Notes: a model not told the origin generated them from the letters alone. A DNA stretch of 64,000 bases from Oopsacas minuta (GCA_024704765.1 JAKMXF010000355.1:6459-70458); one strand, 5' to 3'; shown: positions 13,900-27,866, counted from the stretch's first letter. Program-made: numbers and translations.

Positions 13900-15775
13900 A
13901 ATAGAAAGTGCGAATATATACTGAGTGGACTATATTTGTCCCCGCAAAGAGCAAATATATACTGAGTGGGGTATATTTGTACCCCAATTACAAAGTGCGA
14001 ATATATACTGAGTGGGGTATATTTGTACCCCAAATACAAAGTGCGAATATATACTGAGTGGGGTATATTTGTACCCCAATTACAAAGTGCGAATATATAC
14101 TGAGTGGGGTATATTTGTACCCCAAATACAAAGTGCGAATATATACTGAGTGGGGTATATTCGTACCCAAATACAAAGTGCGAATATATACTGAGTGGGA
14201 TATATTTGTACCCCAATTACAAAGTGCGAATATATACTGAGTGGGGTATATTTGTACCCCAATTACAAAGTGCGAATATATACTGAGTGGGGTATATTTG
14301 TACCCCAATTACAAAGTGCGAATATATACTGAGTTGGGTATATTTGTACCCCAATTACAAAGTGCGAATATATACTGAGTTGGGTATATTTGTACCCCAA
14401 TTACAAAGTGCGAATATATACTGAGTGGGGTATATTTGTACCCCAATTACAAAGTGCGAATATATACTGAGTTGGGTATATTTGTACCCCAAATACAAAG
14501 TGCGAATATATACTGAGTTGGGTATATTTGTACCCCAATTACAAAGTGCGAATATATACTGAGTGGGGTATATTTGTACCCCAATTACAAAGTGCGAATA
14601 TATACTGAGTTGGGTATATTTGTACCCCAATTACAAAGTGCGAATATATACTGAGTGGGGTATATTTGTACCCCAAATACAAAGTGCGAATATATACTGA
14701 GTTGGGTATATTTGTACCCCAATTACAAAGTGCGAATATATACTGAGTGGGGTATATTTGTACCCCAAATACAAAGTGCGAATATATACTGAGTGGGGTA
14801 TATTCGTACCCAAATACAAAGTGCGAATATATACTGAGTGGGGTATATTCGTACCCAAATATAAAGTGCGAATATATACTGAGTTGGGTATATTTGTACC
14901 CCAAATACAAAGTGCGAATATATACTGAGTTGGGTATATTTGTACCCCAATTACAAAGTGCGAATATATACTGAGTGGGGTATATTTGTACCCCAATTAC
15001 AAAGTGCGAATATATACTGAGTTGGGTATATTTGTACCCCAATTACAAAGTGCGAATATATACTGAGTGGGGTATATTCGTACCCAAATACAAAGTGCGA
15101 ATATATACTGAGTGGGGTATATTTGTACCCCAATTACAAAGTGCGAATATATACTGAGTGGGGTATATTTGTACCCCAATTACAAAGTGCGAATATATAC
15201 TGAGTGGGATATATTTGTACCCCAATTACAAAGTGCGAATATATACTGAGTGGGGTATATTTGTACCCCAAATACAAAGAGCGAATATATACTGAGTGGG
15301 GTATATTTGTACCCCAATTACAAAGTGCGAATATATACTGAGTGGGGTATATTTGTACCCCAATTACAAAGTGCGAATATATACTGAGTGGGGTATATTT
15401 GTACCCCAATTACAAAGTGCGAATATATACTGAGTTGGGTATATTTGTACCCCAATTACAAAGTGCGAATATATACTGAGTGGGGTATATTTGTACCCCA
15501 ATTACAAAGTGCGAATATATACTGAGTGGGGTATATTCGTACCCAAATACAAAGTGCGAATATATACTGAGTGGGGTATATTTGTACCCAAATACAAAGT
15601 GCGAATATATACTGAGTGGGGTATATTCGTACCCAAATACAAAGTGCGAATATATACTGAGTGGGGTATATTTGTACCCCAAATACAAAGTGCGAATATA
15701 TACTGAGTGGGGTCTATTCGTAGCCCAAATACAAAGTGCGAATATATACTGAGTGGGATATGTTCGTACCCCAAG
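13900..15775 (-). repeat. 46-bp tandem satellite, about 40 units, opposite orientation to the array at 1-235
   Basis: Unit GGGGTATATTTGTACCCCAATTACAAAGTGCGAATATATACTGAGT with recurring 45-bp and point variants. Confidence 0.97.
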
Positions 15776-16037
15776 ATTTTTTACTCCACCTAGTCCATTT
15801 ACGTGGTCTTTTTTCACATAGTCTTAGTTGGGTTAAGATATATCCGTTTTATATATCACTGTTTTGCATTTTTATCATACATCTGGTCTCAAGTACCAAA
15901 ATTTTCTTATAAATATTTTTTGGGACCCTTTTGCTATAATGACGTCATACTTTTAAATGTTTTGGTTCTATCACTTTTTCTTGCTACTGTTCTTAGAAAC
16001 GATGTTAAATACATCATAGCTCGGAAAACGAGATACC

Positions 16038-17086
16038 GTGCACCACTTGTTAGCACTTTCTAAACTCACATATATCGAAATATCGAAGATGGCAGTTGTT
16101 TGTTTGGCTACAGTATACAATATCCGTAAGAGAATTTCGAGTGGTTCTTCCCTCCGGCATAAAGCAGGTGCTGGTAGACCTCGTACCCTTCGCAATTCAA
16201 TTAAAAAGAGTTTGGCTGCGCATATTCAACATAACCCACATATGTCTTTGAGATCTCTTGCCTCAAACCTTGATCCAAACGTCTCACACGAAACAGTTCG
16301 TAGAGGTTTGAAAGATATGTCCTACTCTAAACCCTACCCTACTCTAGCCCCAATGTTGAATGAAATGCACTATGTTTATCGTGTCAAGTGGGCTAGAAAG
16401 TACAAATACCCTGTTAAAGATTGGGCCAAGACCATCTTTGTAGATGAAATGTCGATATGGCTGGCTAGAGGAAGGATAAGAATGTGGACTAAGGGAGGAA
16501 AAAAAGATTATGTCGAACAACAAAACATTCCCCCAAAATCAACGTTTGGGCGGCTTTTTCATCTATGGGAGTTTTTCCACTCTGTATATTTAAGGAAAAC
16601 ATGAATAGCCAGTTATTTATTTCGATAATGGAAGGTCACTTAGTAAGGCAGGCAGAGGTTTTTCATGGTAATGACTGGAGATTGGTAATGGATAACGATC
16701 CAAAACATACTTCAAAATTAACCAGACAGTGGATCGAGAAAAATGTACCAAATAAGATGCCATGGCCATCACAAAGCCCGGATATGAATCCGATAGAAAA
16801 CCTATTTGGATGGTTGAAGCAAACAATTGTGAAAAAGGGGCCCAAGACAATAGCAGAATTAAAATGCACGTTGGAAGAGATTTGGGGCAACATAGAGCCA
16901 GAATTCCTTATTCCATATTGGAAGTCAATGACGTCTCGCTGTAATCGGATCATAGAGGGGAGTGGAGAAAGTATTAATTATTAAATTTTATGATATTTTT
17001 ATGTATTTCTTTGATTATAAGACCTCCTCCTAATATCATAGTAGAAATATATACCCAGAAATTCTAAATAATTAGCTGACAGACTG
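16038..17086 (+). mobile_element. Tc1 (DD34E) element, frameshifted, 5' TIR not found
   Basis: HTH with AGRPR; IFVDEM, MDNDPKH and SPDMNPIEN with 34 residues between D and E; right TIR ...ATTAGCTGACAGACTG followed by TA. Confidence 0.88.
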
Positions 17087-17149
17087 TATCTTGTCCTTAT
17101 GAACATGTATCAGCATTCACCAATTTATCCTCGATTGGGCTGTTGTAGT

Positions 17150-18421
17150 TCATAGCCACGTCTTCAACCTCCGGAGTATACTGAAGCTCGGGTGATGGAG
17201 GTGTCATATCACCCACAAGTTGCAGTTAGCAGGAGAGTGAAACTGCTGACCTGGACAAGACTGAAGAACCTGTAAATCACGCAGCTAAACTACGGAAGCA
17301 GATCCTGCTTGCTTGATTTCAGAGAGCCCCTGACAACCACTCCGGTCATTCTTCAGCGTCCATTTGGTAACCAACAGAGAGCATTCTGTTCATCTTGGTG
17401 AAATTTTTGGGATAGGGTATGCAGAAGACTAAGAACAGAAGGATGTTACAAATTGTTTTCACTATAATATGGTATCTTGGTAGCAAGGTATTGCTTTGCG
17501 TGGACAGTATATAAATGGAGATGACATAGGTGAGAGAGGGGAGACATTTTCAAACTTTTATTCAACCTCTCGACACACGTGATGAAGATAATTTTAACTG
17601 ATCATGGTAGATGAAACGCCAGATCTGTCTAATACAGAACAGATGGTCCTATGCATACGTTATGAATATAATGATCCGTAAGTACATGAAGATGTGATAG
17701 GGCTCCACAGCTTAGAGTCCACTTCTACAAACATGTTAGTTTCATAAATTACAGACATTCTGCTTCGCTTAAATCTCAAAATTAATCACTGTAGTGGCCA
17801 ATGCTATGATGTAGCCTGCAATATGTCAAGAGTACGGTCAGGTGTCGCAAAAACCCACTTTTACTTTTATCCTGTGTCAAACACGCTGGACTGTGAGTAT
17901 TGAAGTATTAGCATCAATAACTTTGAATTTTGAAGCGCTACGGTTAATATGGTGTTGCAAAGGATGCCACAAAAGACACTGAAATGAGGACACCAATAGG
18001 AAGGAGGGGTTCCCTATCAAATGGAGAAGTTTGAAAATGCTATTACACTTGGACGAAAGCTGCTCAATATATTAGACAACACATCCCGTTCTCTGCAAGT
18101 AAGAGACATTTCAGCATATATGTACGAAAGCTAGTTAAAATGACGTTCAAATATCTGTCCAACAGCCCCATCTATCAGAAGCAATAAAGGAAGTTGTTGA
18201 ATTTGATGATGCTGACTTTAGCCATCCAGACTGTCTCCCAAACACAACTGAAAGTCCTTCATATCACTGATAGAATACGAGTCAATAGTTACACACTGTA
18301 AATGTTCAGTAATTGCAGAGAAGGTATTCTCCTCTGAAATAAATCAAGCAGTCAATATTATTCTTGTAATGCCAGTAGCTAACTTTGTAAACGTGCAATT
18401 GCATCGTCTCTACGCCCCTGC
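17150..18421 (+). pseudogene. Decayed hAT (ZMYM1-like) transposase with right TIR
   Basis: QGIALRG, MVDETPDLSNTEQMVLCIRY and GQCYDVACNMS fragments; ends CTACGCCCCTG (reverse complement of hAT terminus CAGGGGCGTAG). Confidence 0.75.
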
Positions 18422-18732
18422 TAACTCGATTGAGACTTCGCCTGTGGCAGAAATAGGCCGCCCAGGGACGTCACAACGGGGGGGCATAGGGGCAATACCA
18501 CCCTCCTTGCAAAATCTCGTGCCCGTGGCAATGCCACCTTGGTAAATTCTACTTCAGTTTCTATGAACTTCCACACCCCGAGCATGCTTCGTTGGCTCAA
18601 ATTGCAAACTGTCAAATTTCGGCTTATTTTGCTATCATCTTACCATGAAAATTATGTAATCCAAATATCAGGTATGGACCTAAGTATTATTTTTGAGTTT
18701 TCCTATGATCATATGTATCCATCATATATATA

Positions 18733-20982
18733 CAGGGTGTAACGAAAGTTTTGACACCCTAGATAATTCATTAAAACTTATAATATATTTGAGTGATTCA
18801 AAATATTATCGGTTTATATATGAACCATTTCATTCTAATACTATTCTTTTACGTTCCGGCATGCTAGCCACTAAATTCTCTAAAATACTTGGGCTAATGT
18901 CTCTCCATGCTGATTTGACTGTTTCTATTAGCTGTTCACACCTTGTGATTTGGCCCTCTTCATTAACCTTCGCTTTCACTATTCCACGAAGGTTTTCAAT
19001 GGTTGAAGTCAGGAGTTTTCCCAGGCCATTTAATCTTACGCCAGAAAGCATTTAAATGATCTTGACACCACTTCTGCGTTGCATTGGCCGTGTGCTGGTG
19101 CAACATCTTGCATGAAGATGAATTCGGACATATTTTCCAACATTGGCAGTTCCAAAACCAATCCATTATTTCGACAACGGTGAACTGCCTCCATACAATT
19201 CTTGGCCAAAAAATTTGATCAATGTAGTATGCACTATTTATTGTTTGCCCTTGAGAGATTATATGCAGTACTGAAAGTGCCTGATATGACATCATGCCCC
19301 ACACATGAATCTTTGCTGAAAATTAACTGAAAATACCGAAGGAACATCTTGCTTATTCTTTGCCCAAACCCGATTATTTGTTTGTTTGGGGTTGCAAAGA
19401 GCTGGAAAGGAGAATCATCTGACCAGAGAACTTTTTTCCAGTCGTTAACTGTCCAATTTTGATGCTTCCGAGCAAAGCTTAGACGATCTTGGATGTTCTT
19501 TTGAGATAATCGAGGTATTTCTTGCCTTTTGAAAGACCTAACGCCCACAGATTCGGTCAAATGACGATACACACACATATGAGATACAGGATTGCCTCTA
19601 TTCTTCAATCTCTGTGCAATTTTTCTTGTGGATTGCCTGCATTTACTGAGTGACTTGGAAATAACAATTTTATCCGCCCGTTTCAAAATAGGAGGCCTCC
19701 CTGAACGAGGTTTAGTCACTAATGAACTACCTTTTTATACAAACTAGACCATTGTTTCACCGAAGAGATTGAAATATTCAAGTCTTGGGCCACTTCTTCT
19801 GTGTGAGCCCTGCATCTAGCATGCCTATAGCTCGAGAACGAAGCAAGATTCCATGATCACAGACATCCATCAATACGAATTGATGTAACAATGTTAAAAT
19901 TGGAAAAATTCAAATATTTGAATACTACAAGTAATTAATGTAGTCAGAAATAATCTAAAGTACTATAACTACAGTCAGGGGACAAAAGTATTCGAACACG
20001 CAAATATATTGTCATAAATTGTATACTCTTTCCCGCTCCTATATATTGTGTAGTCTATATTCGTAGCTGCTATCTAGTAATTTGCATAGAATAACACATG
20101 TTTTCACGAATTTCAAAAAAATATTTTCGATTCACACTTTTTGAAGGTGTTGATTATGAATAATTATTAGATAATTATTGATATTCAAAATATGTGGTAA
20201 TTCAGAGCCTATTAAGAGTCTGTAATTTCTGACTTGATATTTGAATTCTACGTAGGCGAGTTACCCCAATTTGACATTTGCAATCGGATTGAACAATTTA
20301 TACCAAAGGTATAGGAGAATTTCAATTTGTCCCACTTGTGCCACTTTTTTCAAAAAGCACAGGTGGCAGGAAAAAGCGCCACTACAGGGAAATCAACTAG
20401 GGTTAGGAGGAATAAGTCGAAGTGATATTTTCGAATGATATGACTATGCTAACCCTTGAATTCCAAAATAACCTCTTGGCAGCGGCCACTTGTGCCACCT
20501 TTGGCAAAAGGTGGTATGAATGGCACAAATTGAAATTCATCTATAACTCTGGTAAAGATTGTTCAATCCGATTGGAATTTTCAATCTGGGGTAACTCGCC
20601 CACATAGAATTAAATATCAAGTCAGAAATTATAGATTCTTAATAGGCTTTGAATTACCACATATTTTGATTATCAATAATTATTTAATAATTATTAATAA
20701 TTAACACCTTCAAAAAGTGTAAATCGAGAATATTTTTTTGAAATTCCTGAAAAACATAAGTTATTCTATGCAAATTACTAGATAGCACCTACGAATATAG
20801 ACTACACACTATATAGGAGCGGGAAAGAGTATATAATCTATGAAAATATATTTGCGTGTTCGAATACTTTTGTCTCCTGACTGTATATTTAAGAAAAGTA
20901 GAAGAAACAAACTATGTATGTTTCATTAGTATTCAAGATTTTCATAGGAAATAAAAGGTATCAACACTTTCGTTAGACCCTG
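18733..20982 (-). mobile_element. Tc1-like DD37E element, decayed, with nested MITE
   Basis: TIRs CAGGGTGTAACGAAAGTTTTGACACC / CAGGGTCTAACGAAAGTGTTGATACC, both TA-flanked; SGRPP, WSDDSPF and QDVAPAH...WPG spacing matches the 56294 element. Confidence 0.88.
19972..20883. mobile_element. Foldback-like MITE with ~370-bp TIRs
   Basis: TA|CAGTCAGGGGACAAAAGTATTCGAACACGC ... GCGTGTTCGAATACTTTTGTCTCCTGACTG|TA; inverted similarity extends to ~20340 and ~20520. Confidence 0.9.
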
Positions 20983-21177
20983 TATATGCGCAATAGACAC
21001 TCATCTTGATCTTGTTACCAACTATATCGAATTTGTGCTACTCCCAGATTGCATAGCCACACACGCCACTACCCAGCTGTATAGTTATACCCAACTAGAA
21101 ACATATAGCTCATCCACTAGGCATGCAACCTGCTAAACCCGTGAAAATTCCTTGCTACTCGTCCTACCCTCTGGAAA

Positions 21178-21400
21178 CTACATTAGAGGCACATCTTCAA
21201 TGGTTTCTCTCCCCTCTCTAAATAGTTGGGCCCACCTTCTGGCGGTGGAATAGGTAAGGGCTTGGTCGCCACTAATCTCCAAGAGATCGTTGTGAATGTT
21301 TGTATTAAGGTCTTTCAATGAGGAACGAAAAATGTTATACGCTCTTAGATTTTGCTCATTCATTGACCATTTTGAAGCCATAATTGTATAAGTAGCTAAA
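21178..21400 (-). pseudogene. mariner transposase N-terminal fragment
   Basis: IHNDLLEISGDQALTYSTARRWAQLFREGRETIED is a mariner HTH signature. Confidence 0.75.
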
Positions 21401-21540
21401 CCGACAAGATTGAAAGATAAGAACTTTGAAATGAGTTCATGATAACTTCTATTTTGGAGTTGTGGTTAATAGAGAATTGATGAAACTGTATGGAATAAGA
21501 TTAATGTGTGTAGTTATATAAATATTAGAATCAATAATGA

Positions 21541-22164
21541 CACTGTACAACAAATTTTCATTTTGAAAATAAAACAAGAACCTGATTAGGTCTCTATAGT
21601 CAATTAGGATCTGATTCCGAATATAAATAAAGTTATGCTCAATCACGCATGAATTTTATAGAATTCAACTCACAAATTGAGAAAATGGGATATATTACCA
21701 AAATATGTTTACATAAATATCAACTAGTCATGTAAAACTTGAGAGGATTTTAAATTCGCAGTTATGTTGAACTCATTTATTAGAAGAAATAGCTCAGTAT
21801 TGGCTAAACCTTTTATTTATATTTTATTTTACGATATTTTGTGATTTTTCTCATTTTTTGTATGTAGATTTAGATTTCGTTAATAAAATGACCAATTTTT
21901 TGCCTATACTAGCTCGTTCTGGTAGTTATTTGCTCTAAATACTATGTAGTTAATAATTTTCATAGGTTTTACATGACTAGATGATATTTCGATGTATAAT
22001 TTTGCAAATAGTTATAATTTCCCATTTTGCATGTTGAATTCTATATAATGGTACCTGATTAAGCAAAACTGTATTCATGTTCGAAATTAGGAGATCCTAA
22101 TTGGCAATAGAAACCTAATCAGGTTCTCGGTTTTTTTTCCAAAATGATAATTTCTTGAACTGTG
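21541..22164. mobile_element. MITE with ~90-bp TIRs starting CACWGT (Transib-like termini)
   Basis: Left CACTGTACAACAAATTTTCATTTTG...AGAACCTGATTAGG; right (reverse complement) CACAGTTCAAGAAATTATCATTTTG...AGAACCTGATTAGG. No clean TSD. Confidence 0.7.
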
Positions 22165-23440
22165 TAATTCGTGATCAGTAAGTTAAAGGACCGAAGTAGA
22201 TCGCACTCCCTCAATTCAGTATTTACCAGAATCCATCAAGATTGTAAAATTGGGATCTTGATGACGCATTTAGTCAAGTTCGTGGAAATGATACTGAAGT
22301 TCTACTCATTTAAAGTAATACTGGTGACCACGCTCCAATACGTTCATAGAATATGGGATCACTGGTGATTGAGTTTATCAGCAGCGCTGTCACCAGTGGT
22401 TCTCTAGTTTCCACAAATTTTAAGAATTAGGAACACCAGTGAACTACATTTCGACGAACTCGGCTCGAGATATCAATAATGATAGCAATATTAAATAGAT
22501 TGTGTTAATGGTGTCACCAGCGGTAGCGGGTAGTTTCTCCATATGCTATGGAAGCACTAGTGAGCCTAATAATCACGTACTTACGGAAGTGTAGTTACCT
22601 TGGAAGTTTGAAACACGGGTTACCAAACTTCGTCAATTATATGAAAATTGAGGCTGCCACATGAACAATTACAGAGTTTCACTGAACTATGTATAATGAC
22701 AACCAAAAATATTCAAGTAAATTTATCAATACAAAAAGGAATATCATATTTGTTGTTCCAAGTTATTGATAAATATACATCGGAAATAAGACAAACTTAC
22801 TTGTCTGTTTCTTTTTGCATACTGACATTAAATGTTCGCTGAAAGAGAAAATTAGGTTCTAATTTAATTCAATAAATGATGGAATAAATTAAATATGTTA
22901 ATAAAGCCTAATGAATATACGACTAAATATTGAGTATATAATACCAGACTTCATAGTGCATAAACTGATTACAAAATACATGTACGTTGGCATGGGTGGA
23001 AGCATAAGATTTGTAAAATTTCAGAATAACCAAATCTGCAATCAACATGTGGGAATTTAGTCATACAGCTGCAATCAGGTTTTTTACCCCTTGAATGGAC
23101 GAAAAAAAGAAATACCCGATAGGCAAAGAAACCATGAGGAAAATATATTAGATTTAAACCTTTATGGTTAGTAAGTTGGACGAATAAAACGATTTCGACT
23201 GTAATGCCTCTGAAGATATATCGTCAAAAAATTCGAAATTCCGATAAATTAACTAGAAATAATCATAATATTTCAGTTCTTTCTAGCTCAATATACATAA
23301 TAGTCTCATAGCGCTGTACAGACAACATATACAAGTTCATAAGCATAGTACAAGTAGAAGATAAAATGAGAAGTAGAGTATATCTTGCAAAAAATTAAGA
23401 AATATCATTTATCAATTGTCGCTTTGTGTATACATCTCAA

Positions 23441-23610
23441 CTAAAACCATAATAGATTCTCATCATTAGTGAATAAATACGTTTTAACCTTTTTCTTGAA
23501 TATATTCACTGATGGAGATTGTCGAATACAGATCGGTACAGAGTTCCACAATTTAGGAGCAATTATGGAAAACGCTCTTCCACCATAAAATTCTTTATTA
23601 TGTTTCTGTA
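23441..23610 (-). pseudogene. 3' tip of a CR1/L2-like LINE ORF2
   Basis: YGGRAFSIIAPKLWNSVPICIRQSPSVNIFKKKVKTYLF. Confidence 0.75.
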
Positions 23611-23717
23611 TGTACAAGTCATTCACAGTTCCGCTGGTACCAAAGGCTTCTTACAAGGCCTTCTGGCCCAAAATCCCATTTCATGTAGTTCCCTACTGAT
23701 AGTTTTTGATGAAACCT

Positions 23718-24030
23718 TTATTTTCTTACTACTATATATCCTTCAGCGATGCGTCGTAAAGTGCTCCTTCGATTTTGCTTAACAATTTTCTTTAAATATC
23801 TCGCTCCTCTAGGGCTAACTTTCTTAGGACGCCCGGACCTCAGTAATTTACCAGTAGATCCTGTCTTCTTCCACCTTCTGACAATGAAAGAGACTGTAGA
23901 TGGTGGAAGAGATAATTTTCTTCCTATTCCTCGGATAGTGTGCCCAACGATATGCAAACTAATACATTGATTTTTGAGTGCTTCTTGTATTTGCTTTGTT
24001 TTGGCATAGTAACTTCGCAGATAAATACGT
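23718..24030 (-). pseudogene. Tc1 transposase N-terminal (HTH) fragment
   Basis: IGRKLSLPPSTVSFIVRRWKKTGSTGKLLRSGRPKKVSPRGARYLKKIVKQNRRST. Confidence 0.8.
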
Positions 24031-24238
24031 ACTAAAAAATTATAATAAGTATTCAATAGAAGCAAATGGAGATATAACTATAGATAGGACTATAGTAAAC
24101 AAAGAGTTGCAATAATGTAAATATACAATGTAACCTAGATATTAGGGATAATTATTTCAAAGGTTTTCCCATGTGCAAGCACTTTTGTCTACTTAGTGTA
24201 TTGTGAATTCTTCCAAAAAAGAACACTTAACATATGTA

Positions 24239-25548
24239 CAGGGTGGCCAATAAGTTCTGGCACATAACTTTATATCGTACCAAAATCTTTCATGATTTAG
24301 ATTGATTGACTTTACTGGTTTGTATTTATTCTGTTATCTCTCGCAATACAATATTCATTGAAAAATACACTATTTGAAAACCGGAAACAAATTATCAGCT
24401 ATGGAGAAAGAACGGTCGGCGATTGTTGAATTATTTCAAAAAGGGAAAAAACAAAAAGAAATAATGAAACTTTTAAAAATTCCACAGACACGTCGGAATT
24501 TCGTAATCCGTACGATAAAACGCTTCAATGAGACTGGTGGCATGATGGACAGAGCCAGAACTGGTCGCCCGGTCTCCATCACGACCGTAAAGATGCGAAA
24601 GGTAGTGCGGAGTCGAGTGTAGCGAAATCCTCAGCGATCGATCAGAAAAATGGCTAAAGAACTGAAAATATCCCGTGGATCTCTTCAAACGATTGTCAAG
24701 AGAGACTTAGGGCTATCTTCGTTTAAGAAAAGGAAAGTCCATTTCCTTTCAGACAAAATAAAGACAAAGAGGCTCTCAAGAAGCAAGTCCTCCATACACG
24801 ATTCGCAGCGCAGGGACTGGATCAAGTCCTTTTCTCCGATGAAAAACCTTTCACCGTTGAACAAGCATTCAATCGTCAAAACGATAGAATATTATCTAAA
24901 AGCACTTCTACTATCCCTGATGAGTACAGGTACGTAAAAAGGGTCCAGAAACCACTCTCGTTGATGGTTTGTGCCGGAGTATCTTCTGTTGGCCGGACAC
25001 CACTGGTTTTCGTCCCTGCAGGGGTCAAAATAATGTTGCAACGTATAAGGAGCTCATTTTACAGACCATTGTGAAAGATCTTGGTCAGATGATGTTTGAA
25101 AACCAGCCGTTCATATTCCAACAAGACGGTGCTCCTGCCCATACAGCAAACAGTACTCAGGAATGGCTTCGGACAAATATTCCTGACTTTATCTCAAAGG
25201 TAGAATGGCCGTCGTCTAGCCCAGACCTTAACCCTCTAGATTTCTCAATGTGGTCCATTTTAGAGTCAAGTGCTTGCTCGAAGTCCCATAACAGTATTGA
25301 GTCTCTAAAGCAATCTCTGACGAGAGAATGGGAAAAAATCCCACAGGAGATGCTGCGTACCGTAGTGTGGGCAGTCCCCGGGCGTCTGAAGGCTGTTATC
25401 AAAAAGAAAGGCGGATACATAGAATAGAGATTGTGCACAATAAAACTCATAATGCCAAACTACTTATGCTAAAATATCAACTCAATATAATGAATATTGG
25501 TTAAATTATAGTAGTTTTTCTATGTGCCAGAACTTATTGGCCACCTTG
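24239..25548 (+). mobile_element. maT-type (DD37D) element, full length, frameshifted
   Basis: TIRs CAGGGTGGCCAATAAGTTCTGGCACATA / CAAGGTGGCCAATAAGTTCTGGCACATA with TA flanks; FSDEK; QQDGAPAH...SPDLNPLD with 37-residue spacing. Confidence 0.93.
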
Positions 25549-27282
25549 TAGTGCAGTTTCTGCACGTATTGTTGATTGTGGTCTCAATAAAGCAGAAAGG
25601 GAAACTATATATCCAACTGAAATCATGGCTTCATCTAGGGTTAGGCAACCCGCGCACCCTATGTGTGCATTGATTAAATTTCGTGCAAAAAATGAATTAA
25701 GAACATGGGGACAGGACCAGTTGAATGCTAGATTTCGCGTATCGTCATCACTATAACCAAAAATCGCACACCCAGATAAATGCCTGACTGAATTTTTAAC
25801 CAACTAGCTTGCCTCCGAACAGAATATACCTTGACTTTTCCTTGTTAAATAATTTCAACAAAGTCCAGAGCAAAAGTAAACACTTTATATAGTACTAAAT
25901 TTGAGAAAAGATGATGCACAAAGCAGACCATAAAGGTTTGTATTTAAGTATGTAAGAGCTGTTTGGACCATCATAACTACTAGTATCAGTCTCGTATTAT
26001 AAGGAGAAAATACTAGTAGAATTATTATAGACTCAGCTAAATATGCTATAAATCTAAAAGTGAACTCTAGAGTATTTATATGCTGTAACAATCTGAAAAA
26101 AGTATGCATCACTTCACCTTAAAATTACACATACATAAGCACGTCCTATATTCACGAGATTTATGTTGTTCAATCTAACAAAACACCATTTAAGTATAGT
26201 ATGCAATAAGTTTGCTATTCTGTCAAAGCTTTTCTTAACGCTGTTGTATGTATCAACTATCAACATTTTCTCTAAATAGAATATGGTAAATTAGGTCGCT
26301 TATCCGTTAGAAACTACCTCAAAGGAGAGAAAGACCTTATATAATAACAAACGTCAGATAACCATTTGTGAAGTGATTGAATTAAAACAGTATTAAATGT
26401 AAAACAGGTTATTGTTTTGTGAAGGCATATGCAATTCTGTGTATACCGGGCGTTTAACAATGAATTACACTTTTTTTATGATTGCTGTTTATTGTATAGA
26501 AGGAATTAGGTTCAAAATTAAGGAAATAGGGCGTTCTGAATGAATATATAGCGTCACCTTATCAGTCCCAGGGATATTAGTGTGGAAAATTTATACCTGC
26601 AACAATCCATCTATACTTTTATATTGTGTAGCCTGGGAGTAGGCCACCTTTAATAATCGAACCCTCGACTTATATTATGAAACCCCAGAGTCTTCTAAAA
26701 ATTAATAAGTGCTTACAGGAATTCAGCATATCACAAATATTTAATTTTATCTACTGTTTATAGGATAAAGACATCGTGTGAGCACATATGTATGAATATA
26801 TAGAAATTAACGTATTTACAGAAATCGCAACTTCCCTCACAAGCTGGGCTTGGATTTATTATCGCGCGGCAAATATTCGAGGCAATATGGTATTTATTGC
26901 TATATTAAACTTTATGGTATTCTGGACCGTGGCCACTGGTCAGTAGGTTAGGTTAACCAGATCACTCAGGTTGGTTGAGTCAACCTGAGCACTCAGTCAG
27001 GTTGGTCAGGTTGTAGTTTGGTTTCATCTGATTGTTAACGGTATTTAACCAGTCCTGAGCATAGGAATGTAGTAAGCTTTTAGTTAACAAGCATTTATTT
27101 GCTAAATACGCCTGATTATATTCCGACCTACTATTGACCCCATCTCAACACAAAACTACTATTTCAGATCGATTTAGATCCTTCTGGCGTTCTGATTATA
27201 CTTTTAAGCCACCTCTGGGAGAATCATTTAAAATATAATTGACTTAGAATTATAGCCCTAACTAGAGTCACACTTTTATATA

Positions 27283-27720
27283 CCGGGTAGTTAAAAAACA
27301 CGGGACCCGTGCACATTTCTGGCCACCTTGGAACCATTAGTTGAACAAACGGAGCAATACTATCTTATTTATTCTATTTAAATATATATTAGATAATCCA
27401 AAGACGAAGTAACAGAGTATTCAGTAGAACTCCTTGTGATTTCAGAAATTTTTTAATCGTGGCTTCAAGGAAATTACACAAAAATTTTGCATATATTCGA
27501 TGTCAAAAATGGGGCCCTGGAAATCGAGAATTCAGGGTTGGGTTAAAAGATTTCAGACAAAGAGAACTATTACAAACCTAAATACTAAGTCCGAAGGCCA
27601 TGCCAGTCATTCCGGGAGAATTCTTTCTGAAGAATGTAATGAGAATTTTGCTCTAAAAATCCTAAAAAGGAATGATTTCTATGGTGTTCACCTAGTACTT
27701 AAGCTCTAATCCTCGCAGAC
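27283..27720 (+). pseudogene. 5' remnant of a DD41D-related Tc1/mariner element
   Basis: Starts TA|CCGGGTAGTTAAAAAAC; IQGWVKRFQTKRTITNLNTKSEGHASHSGR resembles IYRWVEKFRKYGTVLKLNSKCDDRLTHSGR of the 44633/51445 copies. Confidence 0.6.
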
Positions 27721-27866
27721 TCTCAACCTACGATAAGAATAGTTTGTATTCGTCTTGTACGCCATTCAGCTCTATAACTATAAGGTTTTGGTAATCTTTC
27801 CTAATATTATGCACATTCGAGACTAATTGTTTGGGTTCGGTTATTTTGGCCCACCATGTAATATGT

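Noticed and set aside
13900-15775. CRISPR-like array (palindromic repeat)
   Set aside because: Units are head-to-tail with no unique spacers, there are no cas genes, and the context is eukaryotic.
47-15817. Many ORFs of the MGYKYTPLSIYSHF type
   Set aside because: They are translations of the 46-bp satellite in all frames; there is no evidence of coding.
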